Made by a program: the position numbers and the translations under genes
Shown: positions 28,701 through 40,700 of the stretch, piece after piece
How positions within the stretch are numbered: position 1 is the first letter of the stretch
Layout: each line of letters opens with the position of its first letter
From: Botryllus schlosseri
Taxonomy: Eukaryota
Direction of reading: 5' to 3'
NCBI GenBank assembly: GCA_051294905.1
Contig: CM119377.1
Location: 3,472,001-3,536,000, forward strand
Length of the DNA stretch: 64,000 nucleotides
The notes under the pieces: generated by a model
Databases searched by the model: none
Told to the model about the DNA's origin: nothing
The model's input: only the letters and a program-made list of their open reading frames with translations

Positions 28701-31700
28701 TCCACGTTAGGAAAAGCATCTTGTTGATAATGTAACCTCCTTACTCGACTCGAATTGTTACGATTAATACTCAATTCCAATTCGAGCACTCCAATCATTG
28801 TGCTCAGCCCAAGTCTTGCATTACATTTTTTACCCGAGACATTCCTATCCAGGTACTACACCCGTTGCTGGAAGGCAGCGGCATCGGCCAAGCGTCCGGC
28901 CCTAGAGTCGGATTCATAGGCATATCAAACTGGGCCCTGGACCCGGCCAAGATGAACCGCGGCATTTTCGTAAACCGCAGCAAACCGACCAGAGACGACT
29001 TGAAAAAAACGGCAAAGGGCATTTTCCGTAATCAGAAAAGTAAGATCAATGAAAACCTGGAACTGCTGAATAAGCTCACGGAATCGTACATGAAAGTCTA
29101 CGAAGACCAAGACGTAGAGTATTTCGGACTGCGAGACCACTACGGTCTTATCAAAATGCTGCACGCGAAATGTAAATCCGCAGAGTTAACAGTTTGTGAT
29201 GTCACTATGGCGATACATCGCAATTTCAGCGGAGGAAAGCGTTCTCTTTTCGAGGTTTTCCGTCAAAATATTCAGCATTTGTACAACGAGATCATGTCAC
29301 CCACAGTTCCCCTTCGGAACGTAATATCCGATAATTTGAGTGAGAAAGAGAGCAGGTATCTTCTCCTGCTGACTAACCAAGTTTCGGCCGCAAGCTTGCT
29401 TCAACTGTGTGTCGAAAAATCAAGTAGTCAAATTCAGATCATATTCGGTTCGAGCTTCCCGGGCGATCATAAATACACGGACGTGTGTAGAAACATCAAC
29501 AAAATCAAGGCGTACATGGAAACCGGGAAATCAGTCGTGCTGTTAAATATGACTGAGATACACGAGTCTCTTTACGATGCTTTGAATCAGCATTACGTGA
29601 CTTTCGGCGGGCAGAGGTACGTTGACTTGGGACTAGGTGGGCACAGGGTGAAATGCAGGGTAGCCCCGGAATTTCGGCTTATCGTGGTCGAGCAAAAAGA
29701 GGTCGTGTACGCGCGGTACCCGATCCCGTTGATAAACAGACTTGAAAAGCACCATTTGGATTCCAAAAGCTTGCTGTCCGCCGAGCAAACCGCGACTGCC
29801 ACATCTTTAGAAGAATGGGTCGATAAGTTTCGTAAAGTCGCGGATTTCCGAGGAAAAGACGCTTTCTCTGGGTATCATTCCGACACCGTGTGTTCGATTG
29901 TGCTCTCAAACGGAAATTCCGAGGACCAGTTGCGCAATATTCTCCTCGAGTCTGCGTCAATGGATGCTGTGTTTCGACTTGAAGAGTCAAATATCGGCGG
30001 ACAGTGTGAAGATATCCAAAAGTTTTATCTACGTCAGCAAACTCATGACGATTTACTATCTCTGTTACGTAACACTCCTGAATCTGACGGTAGTTTTATT
30101 ACGGAAATTGTATCGTACTCTAACGTGTTATCGGAGAATGATCGGTCTGAAATCGAGGCAAGATTAGGCAGAGATGCATCAGTCACGTTGTTATCTCTAG
30201 AACAATTCCAAACGGAACGGGACTACAACAAAGAGTTGGACAGGTTTTTGAAAAAAACTTCCGGAGGCACCACTGGGAAAAGCGTGTTGCTGATACAATG
30301 CGCGCAGGCGCAAAGACGCGGGCGTTTGGTTGAATGCGCAAAATTCAGCCTCAAAAACAAATTAAAAGCACGCGTTGATAAGCGTGGCGTGAAAAACATG
30401 ATAGTCGCTATTCTGCTTTCGGCAGAGCGTGAAGGGAACAGCGCTTTGATTTCAGATACTCTATCTTTACAACACGCTGCCGACAATAAGATTGTGTACG
30501 TGGACGAGTTGCGTCCGTCTGAAAAGTCAATGCGTCCTGCTAGTTTTTTTTACAAAAAGACTATCGTTGACGTTTTGAAGTCAGGCGACAGTGGTCAGGA
30601 CGAAAACTGCCCCGGAAAATTGGTCGATATCAAGGCTTTGTTGAATGATTGCGTCTGTGACGCAGTGTCCAGGGTACAAAGCCGGCACAGCGATAGTGGG
30701 AGGTATCTTAAACGTATCGCGATAATATCAACTCTTTTTGGTGACTCGGCCCTGATTGGGGAGGATTTTCGTAAAGTTCTTGTCGCTAAACTAGTCCGAC
30801 TGTATTCCGAGGACGGACAGGTGCTGTACGCGACTAGACCGTGGACAGTGGCCGAAGCTTGCAGCCGCGAAAACCTTCAAGAAGCCGGGACTTTTCGGAA
30901 GACACTGTGGCTCAGTTTGAAAGCAAGACTGTCACGTTTGATAGCTTACGTTATCAGTGTCGCGGACAGGCAGAACAATTTAGACCTGCTGACGTCGGAC
31001 CACTCTTGGGTGGCCGAAATGTGGATTGGCGTGTTCAAAGTGTTGCAGCTGTCCTGGTCGTCTATCGGACGCGGGCTCGAGTTTGTGATTACAGAACAGC
31101 CCCATCATAAAGTCACGGTGCCGTGCCGGATCCCGTTTAGCTTTTTGATCCACAAATTCCTGCGCGACCAGTGGGACACTTTGAACGAGCAGAATTCCAC
31201 CAATTTGGTCCAGGCGTTGTTTTCGTTTTATCGAAAATCTGATTTTTGCGATATCGTCGGAAAAGCTAGTGTCGCTGCTGGCATTTGTAATTTCATCGAG
31301 TGCTACACCGCTGATTTAGTAGAGTACGCGTACGTGGCTAAGTCAGGTTCGGAAAAAGAGATTGTCCTTGTGACTGATATTATTCGGCAGTTATCGATGG
31401 AACGATACAATAATTCCAAAAATTTCAATGAGGGAGATGAATGTCCGATCGTTTTCGTGTGCTACCAGTCGATGTCCGATAATCTAAAAGTATTTTCAGA
31501 CATATTACGCCTCTTTCCAGATTTGCTCGAGCTAGTAAACTGGTCGCGTAATGACAACGTGAGAAACATTCACGTATTCGCGTTCAGAGAACTGCTCAAA
31601 ATACTGGCAGAATCAGCCGAAAAAATGAAAGATTCGGACGAGTGTTTAAGGTGGAAACGAGACGCGATATCTGCTAAAACATTGTACAAACAATTGAGGT

Positions 31701-34700
31701 ATCGCATCGATAGGACCGTCGATAAAGCCTCAATAGATCAAAAATGGGGTCCGGTTGAATTTGTGTGTCTGTTTCTCGACCACATGATTCCAGATGATAC
31801 GAAAAGCGGATTTTTCCGTGACTATCTCAGCCTTATTTCCACTAAAGCGCATTTCTTATGGAGATATTCAAATCGCGGCGACGCGACCACTTTCGAAGTG
31901 TTAAAAATCACGTTGAACGTTTTGAAGCACGCTCGCCAGGAGCTGTATAACAAACTGTTGATCGACTGGCAGGATCCGATGTGCTCGATATGCCGTAAAA
32001 GCATCAATACCCCGGTTAAACTACCGTGCGGGCATTTCAACTGCGAAGACTGCGTTCGTAGGTTGCTGATGGCTTTCGAAGGAGCCTGGCGGTGTCCGAA
32101 ATGTAACAAAGAGATCCCGCACGGTTACTGCTTATCGCCCGCGGTCCTAGACGATGGTCAGACTGCAGAATTAAAACGATTCGAATCTAACTGTACGTCC
32201 TTTTTCGTGGAATACGTGGCCCGCTTTTGCTTCAAGTTCTCAGAAAAATCTCCGCCCGACATGACTCGTAAAATGGTGGACAGTCTTGCGTCGCAGATCG
32301 TGCTTCAAAGCCCGGTAGGCAAAGAACTTGAGATCGATCTGACCGCGGTTGATTTAAACGTTAATTTTAGAACTTGTACGTTGAGAATTTTGCTCGATAA
32401 CTGTTCTGAAATCACGAAGGATGTTCTTGAAAATAAACTGGCAAGCGTTACACGCGACGAAATGGAAACCGTCGTGTGTGTGATTTTGAAATGCTTTCAA
32501 GACCAAGCGATTTCTGATGTTAACGGTGATTCGGCAGGACCTGTGGAAGAGCTAGAACGTTGGCGGTGTCTCTTTGATACTTCTTACAAGAGATTGGCTT
32601 CGGAAAACGAGACGGAAGGGTTGAAATTGGAGATGCTGCGTGCCGCGGCTGAAGTCAGGTGCTGTCTGACGGAGGCGGCTTGTCGGATACAGGATATTTT
32701 CAAGAAAGTAAAGCTCGACGACGACGTGAACGCGAAAACGGACTTGTTTCTATCGGATCTGATACGCGTGGGCATGTCGGACGACAGCGGGGTTTCCGCA
32801 TTGAAAAAGTTCCTCGTCAAATCTGCTTTTCATGTTTTCGGCAGCGACTGGTTTTACCAAATGAGGTCTAACGATAATTTCGAAAGTCTGGTGCCCGTGT
32901 CTTTGGATAAGGACAGGGACAACGAAAAGACAGACCGTTGGGTGCTGCTAGGGAATGAGTACGTGTCGGAAGTCACGAAAATGTACAAAATCCCTGAAAA
33001 AGAGCAAGTTTGTGAGTGCGCGCGTTCGATGGTAAATATGACCCAAAATAGCATCAAAATTTTTGCAAGTATAGCGGTGATTTACGACAAAGACAACGCT
33101 GAAAAAGACGACTTCAACTCGAAAGTTACCGAGAATTTGCCGAAAAATCCATCATTTTTGTACACTGCTGGTACGATATTTTCAAAATTTCTGCCTTCGA
33201 TTCGAAAAAGCGATGATTTAACTGAAACTCAAATTCACACTGTATTCCAACTCGTGACTACGATTGTCTACGCTGTTACCGATGGCAACATAGCAACAGC
33301 TGGCTTTGCACTAATGCTGTCAAATCCCCGATCAGTAGAAAATTCATTCCTTCCCGGAATGCCAGAAAGCGCGATATACAGTATTCCGGAAGATATGCGC
33401 ACGCAACGCAACAGCATGATGTACACGTGCCCCAACGGGCATCTGTACGCGGTTGGCGAATGCCGTCAGCCTATGGAAACCGCGCGGTGCCCGGACTGTG
33501 GGGCTACTATCGGTGGTCAGAACCACCGCGCCGCAGCGGGCAATCAGAGGTATCAAGGGCAAGAGGAATGGAGCCAGGCGGGGTACTTGTTGAACGCTGG
33601 GGGTAACGCGGTGGTGGAAGCTTCGGATAGGATTTCGAAGCAAGGAGCGGCCGTAGTGCATACGTTGGTTCATGCGTGTATGCTGGTTGGATTGCAGAAT
33701 GACCCTGTCACCGTCGCAAGGTAAGAAGTGTATTATCATTGAGTAGTCAACGTTCGAACTCGAGTTTGGGTAGAATCATAGAAGTTACACTGTAAATTTC
33801 TGCTCGATTATATGTCGAAATAGTTGCTGTGTAATTAAAGTACTTCTTCCATTTTGTAAATTTTGAGAAAATTAAGTTTTAGTAAATTTGCATTTTTTCA
33901 GCCATACCTTGAACGTGGTTATGTTTGTCACGTTGTTTCAAAGTTTAGCTTGGACAGTAAAATTAAAACTTTACGGAAACTGAATTCTCTCAAAATGTGT
34001 AGAATGGACATAAGCTATTTGAAGTGGTTTCTAAGTGAGTCTTCTCGGCCTAGTTATGTCTAAAACTCATAAAACTGTAGAATTTTTACCTGAGACACTG
34101 TAAAGTAGGCTGGGAAGTAGCCCAAGAAAACTGCTTGAGTAGAAATCGAAGTAGTGACAACTCAAGTGATAAAAGTCGGTTTGCTTACAGCCTTTGGTTT
34201 GATGTATCCAAATCAGAAGCACATATGATTTCCAAATCATGCTCTGTTAATTCCATGGTAATTTTCTAGATTTTTTGTAAGTAAATTTGACACGAGCATG
34301 CCAGGATAGCAGGGTTATGTCACACAGTGAAAACAGCCACCATAGTTTTTTCATCAAAATTTCCTCATTTTTTAGAATGGTCCATGTCGGCACGGAGGAA
34401 AACGCGGCAAATTATCTTCTTGGAGAATTGCTAAAAAATTTAGATGCCTTCGCGAATGCATTGGGCCGTAACATGGATGAGGCGATACTGGTGTTGTATG
34501 ATATCGTGTTGACGATGAAAAGAAAGGTACGTACATTTCTCCCTTGATATGGATGAAGGGGAATGTGGAGAAGGCAGGGCGGTAGGCGTGGGCAGACTGC
34601 GTGTTTATGGTGAAACGCTCTACCATGATTTGATAGTATCGGTCGAATTAGTAACGTGTAATTGGTTTGAAGATGTCTTGGAAATCACTGCTTCCGCTTA

Positions 34701-37700
34701 TAATTGAATTTATGTTCTTGACCATGAAAATTTTGCAGAAAACAAACGCGTTTCCCGATTGGTCCAGCATGCAGAGTCGTAAAAACTGGGAACAAGCATT
34801 TCGACAGCAGTATCTCACGCCGGCGTTCCAAAAACTTGATAAAACCGTTGCCGATTCCGCGGCTATAATCAGCAACGCCGAACAGAAAAACGTCAAGGCT
34901 TTGTACAAGTATGTTCAGATTTGCAAATCTTACTAGACTCCTAGCAGGGTTGTAATGACTCGAGTCCGACTCGAGTCACGATTTTCGGGTGACTCGAGTC
35001 ATTTTCTCAAAATACGGAAATGACTCGACTCGAGTCGAGTCAATCTGTGTACTGATTCGACTTGGACTCGAGCCATTGCGCATGACTCGAACCAAGTCAT
35101 ATGTCTCGAGACTCAGACGGCCAAGACCGACTTTTCATTGTAATTTCGAAGAATAGTAAAGTAACCACACTATTGGGATTTCGTCTATCGGTACTGGTAC
35201 TTGAAAATGCGACCAGAAACTGCTAAAAGTGAGGAAAATTAGTATATTATAAATGCAAACAATTCGATATCACCACACAGAGTTATACAAAGTGGGTTTA
35301 ACAAGATTTTGACTGGAAACTGAGCAGTTAACACAATGACTTGGACTCGGACTCGAGTCACGATACCATGACTCGGACTCAAGCCAATGCTCGCTGACTT
35401 GGACTCGGACTTGACTCGGTGGCGAATTGAAAATGACTCGACTTGACTCGAGTCAAATCTATAATAGTGAGATTGACTTGTGACTCGGAGCCTTGTGACT
35501 TGGTTACAACCCTGACTCCTAGACACAATTTTACAAACGAAAAGCTCACTTCCCAAAACACGAGCATATTAATTTTTTGCTCACGTCTGTTATCAAGACT
35601 GGCGCACGAACTGGAATTCACCGGGAAATCTGGCAAGTCCAATTTCAAATGGACGGACCCATTACTGTGGCTGCACATTCGAAGGCCGGACTCGTCTCAT
35701 CTGCTGCAAGTCTTGGAGGACCGCTGGGACGTCGAGAACAGTGAGTGTGCTGACGATTACCCCTGACGAGTGTCAGCCGAAAATATTCGGGTTCATTTCA
35801 ATATGAATATACCATTCAATTGTATATTGAAGTTCTGTACCTCCAAGAAGCTGTTTAGAATAGTGAGTTTAATGCAAGCTGGGCCGGTAACAGCAATTCC
35901 GCCTACGAGGGCTTGAGAGTACTACACCAGTCTGTTAAAAATAGAACCTTTTTCTTCAGATTTCACTGGCTATGTGATAAAGTTGTTAGGTTGGTAAAAA
36001 CAACACGGCACACCAAGTTTGGCTCAATTCCAACCAGTAGAAGCGATTTTCTTGCGGTAGAAAGTTTTGAATTTATCATTATAAAATAAAATTTCAAAAT
36101 TTTTCTGTCAACCCCATAAAATTTTTGGGCTGTCGGTAGAGATGATGCACACCAAATTTGGCTCAATTCCAACCACTAGAAGCGAAGTTATTGCAGTAGA
36201 AACATTTCGAATTCCATGATTTTATAATAAGTAATTAAAGAGTTAGCCACCGTAAATACTATTTTATTCAAATCCAAATTTTTCTACTGCAATAACTTCG
36301 CTTCTGGTGGTTAGAATTAAACCAAATTTGGTGTGCATCATCTCTACTGGCAGCCTAACAATTTTATGGGGTTGACAGAAATTTTATTTTTTAATGATAA
36401 ATTCAAAATTGTCTACAGCAAGAAAATCGCTTCTACTGGTTGGAATTGAACCAAAGTTGGTGTGCAGCGTTGTTTTCGCCAACCTAACAATTTATCACGT
36501 AGCCAGTGAAATCGGAAGAATTTTTTTTGAACAGCCCTAGTTCTACACTTGTGCTTGGGACCCGACTGTTCTCAAAACTATTATTAACTATGGGTCGTCC
36601 CTCCTTTGCAATTAAAGTTAATCCAGTTATTACCATTTTCTTGTAGGTATTCTCAAGATCATTATGAAAACTACAAATCTCGGCATGCTGAAATATCTGG
36701 AGTCGGTGCTGCTACTTCAGTCTGCTCTCATCGATAAGTACGTTGTCATTTGAATATGTGCATTACATTCGTGAATGTAGTACAGGTCTGCCGTTATGAG
36801 GAGTGGTCAGCAAATAAGTATTTCTGTTGGTATGAAATCTCACCTGCTGTAGTATTAGCATAGTGTCCTATATGGTGTCGACACAAGCAAATGTCACGCC
36901 TCGGCGAAATTGTACCACGTCACGATTTCCATTTGGCTCAAGGCAATTTGACAGTCATTTTTGACCGGCTTGCCGTGCATTAAATTTGGTAAAACAGGTA
37001 TCAATCGAAAGCGGGCTCTGCACTGATTACGATAATATAAATTTTATTCCGCTCGTGGCCCTGGAACTCCCACAATCAGCCTCGAATTTTTCATTGTTAT
37101 GGAGATTGGCATTGGGACAATGCTGTCTGGCGAAACGAGAGAGTAGCTCAAGAGAAAAAGTGCCAGACAGCATTGTTCAGCATTGTTGCGTCCCAATGCC
37201 AATCTCCATAACAATGAAAAATTCGAGGCTGATTGTGGGAGTTCCAGGGCCACGAGCGTTCACTGTCCCAATACCATTGTCTGCTTCCTGATGGATTATA
37301 TTTGACATGTCTTGAGAACCAGTGATTATGCGTGCACTTGGAAGATGTGCGAGGCTATGTCTAAAAATGGTGTCAACAAATGCGCTACTCGGAACAAATT
37401 TATTACACTTACTTCAGCTTACGTCTTCTACGCGTTTTAGGACTAAATCGATTTCATTGAAATTTTCAGATATCAGAACAACATCGACATGGATGACGCC
37501 GAAAAGATAACTTTGAAGAATTTTGAAAACGACGGCGGCCAACCCTACAGGAAATATATGGACGATTACATCACAATTTGGAATAAGGTCAGTGGTACTA
37601 ATTTACAAGATCTAAAGACAGTGTTTCTCGAAATTAACAAAAAAAGAATAACGCTAAACACCACATTAGGTTCTGCGGTATGAATGTGACGGGTGCAACG

Positions 37701-40700
37701 GCTCCTCTGTAACCAGGCGGGTATGTTTGGTTCCGCTTTCGACAGAGCAACCAAAATATCATCGAGATTGATGATGGTTTCCTCTTTACAGACAGATTCA
37801 AAAATGAAACCAACACGGCACAGCGCGACGTAACAATCAAAATCACAAACCGCGGAATTTGTATTGTAACAATGGAAACAACAAATTTAGAATAAGGTAC
37901 AATAGTAGCAATGCAAGTTGTAAAAAACATGACAGCGACATACTCAAAACAAAGCAAACTAAAAAATATTGTCAATCACATACAGCCCGTTCAAATTCAC
38001 ACCCCACCCCCCAAAAAGGCAATAGGCAATCAACCTATACCTAGTCCTGCACCCACAGGTTGCACACCTCTAGATTAAAATACAGTTTACTGATCTATGT
38101 AAAATTGTACACATTATAAAATCAAGCAATCTAGTGAAACCAAATCGCTTTTGAAATCGAGTGAATGTGACTGGGCTACTTCATGTTGATTTACGTAATA
38201 ATTTGGGACCTGAAAATTTTGATATCCCACATTTTTTCTTTCTTTTTTTTTTTGAAAGGTGTTTGTGGTTCCCGAAAATTATCATGCATACCTCAAAAGG
38301 GCAGTGGAACCCGGTTTGAGAACGACTGTGTTAATCTGTCGTTGCTTTTCAGCTATGCCCTGCGTTACGGGCGAAATACTCGTTGCACGAACGCGTCCTG
38401 GAGTATCTGGAACCCGTTTCGATATTAAGCCCGATTTCCGTGGTGTTGCCCAGCGCCAGGGGCAAGGGACTGTGCGCTAAATTGCTGGCGGAGCATCTCA
38501 TCGATCTTCAAAACGACTTTTTGACCGAATGCAAGCAAGTGCTCGAGGGAGACGACAGGTACTTAAATTAGGATCACAAGCAGGCCCGGGCGGAATCGGG
38601 TATGTGGGTCATCGGGTATGTGGGTCGATTACCATATGTCGGGTTTTGGCTCAATTCCAACCAGTAGAAGCAAGATTCTTGCAGCAGAAAGTTTTGAATT
38701 TATTATTAAAAAATAAAGAAATAAAATTCCAAATATTTTCTGTCGACCCCATAAAATTGTTAGGCTGTCAGTAGAGATGATGCACACCAAATTTGGCTCA
38801 ATTCCAACCACTAGAAGCGAAGTTGTTGCAGTAGAAGAATTTCTAATTCCATGATTTTATAATGAATAACTTAAAGGAGTTTTTCACCGTAAATGCTATT
38901 TTATTCAAATCCAAATTTGTCTACTGCAGTAACTTCGCTTCTAGTGGTTGGAATTGACCCACATTTGGTGTGCATCATCTCTACTGACAGCCTAACAATT
39001 TTATGGGGTTGACTGAACAATTTTGAAATTTTTATTTTTTATTTTTCAAGATGAATTCAAAACTTACTATTGCACAAATCTCGCTTCTACTGGTTGGAAT
39101 TGAGCCAAAGTTGGTGTGCAGCGTTTTTTAACTAACCTAACAATTTTATCAAGTAGCCAGTGAAATCTGAAGGAAAAGTTTTTTTTTAACAGCCCTTTGT
39201 ACACTTTCAAGCATAATTTGATGGGGGTTGACGAGCTCGGCGCCGCTCCGCGAGTAACTCGATTATCGGAAATGTTTTTAAAAGGCGCACGCGTAAATTA
39301 TTATGTTCGACGGAAAGTCTGGCACGAAATACCTTTTTCGTCATGCAAAACGCACGACGGGGTCTGTACACCCAATTTTTGACTCGATTCCAACTGGTAG
39401 GCGTCGACGCGTAGGAGTTTTAAAATTTTGAATTTATTATAAAAATCGGAAGCATTTTTTCAAATTTCACTATCAACAAATTGTTGAGTTGTCGACAAAA
39501 ACAATACGAAACAAATTTGACGCAATTCCAACCCGTGGAAGCGAAGTTATTCGAGTAATAATTCTGGGATTACCCACTGTCCAGGCTAATTTTGAGAATC
39601 AAAAATATTCAACTGCGATAACTTCGCTTCTACCGGTGTGAAGTGAGCAATTATTGTTAAGTATCGTTTTTTAGACAACTTAGCAATTCCATGGGGTTGA
39701 CAGTTGAATTTGAGATATTCTTCTTTATATATTTACCCGTGATACTGATACGTTGTGGCCTTGCGGTAGTATTTTTTATTTTATTAATGGTTCTTCAGCC
39801 CGACCTCAAGGCCCTGAAAGTAATCTAGGTATTCGCTACTTGTAATTGCAAGTTAATAGAAATTCATGGCATTACTTCTACAGAGTACCAACGTTGTCTG
39901 CTTCGGCCATCTCCGTCTTCAAACCATGAAATATCTATCACACAGGTGATTTGAAACGTTTCCTTTATATTTCAGCATTCACGAATGTAAAGTCGTGGAA
40001 CTATACCACTCCGACTACGTTCAAATCGACACACACGCCGACCTTCTGCCGTTGATTCAAATGCACACCAAGTACGACATTACGAGAGACAAGGGCCGGC
40101 ACCATCACATATCTTACAACGTCAGCGCGCTTGAGAAACAGGTGTTTGCTATGATGTCGACAATAAATTTCAGTTCAATGCTAGGCTTGAGAAGTCTAGG
40201 CATTCTTTTATCAAGTAAAGAAACTTTCGAAGATTTTTTTAACACAGGACAATTTAGAATATGAATCAATGTCAGACATAGTAGTGCGGTCAAATTTATT
40301 TGAGTTTATTCATATTTTGCGGGTGTCATATGGGAATTAATCACATGTGACGAACAATAATGACATCTCAACGTCATAATTTTGCAGCAGGTGAGTCGGG
40401 TAAGCAGTTTGGATATGCACCAGTGTTCTGACAGCTTAAGTCACCTTTTTCACATGGCTTGACTTAACTAAGTCACTATGCAGAAATGTCTTGACTCAGC
40501 GTTTCTGATATGTGCGGTGACTCGAATCTGAATTATCGTGCACATTCTGGACACCTGGTTTGGCAAGCGATGATTTGTTCCCAACACTGGTATGCACTTC
40601 TCGAGTGATGTTAATATCTGCGACACTCCAAAACGGTTTGCTGCTACCTCAATTTGTGAATATCAATACTGTTTCAGGTCCGAGAGAATTTTGTGATGTA

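Noticed and set aside
28804-33739. Antisense and alternate-frame ORFs overlapping the giant exon
   Set aside because: They are all short (131 aa or less), expected opposite a long, relatively GC-rich coding exon, and have no recognisable motifs.
36986-37291. ORFs 36986..37291 (+) and 37044..37253 (-) with near-identical peptides
   Set aside because: These are an artefact of a palindromic hairpin read on both strands inside an intron.
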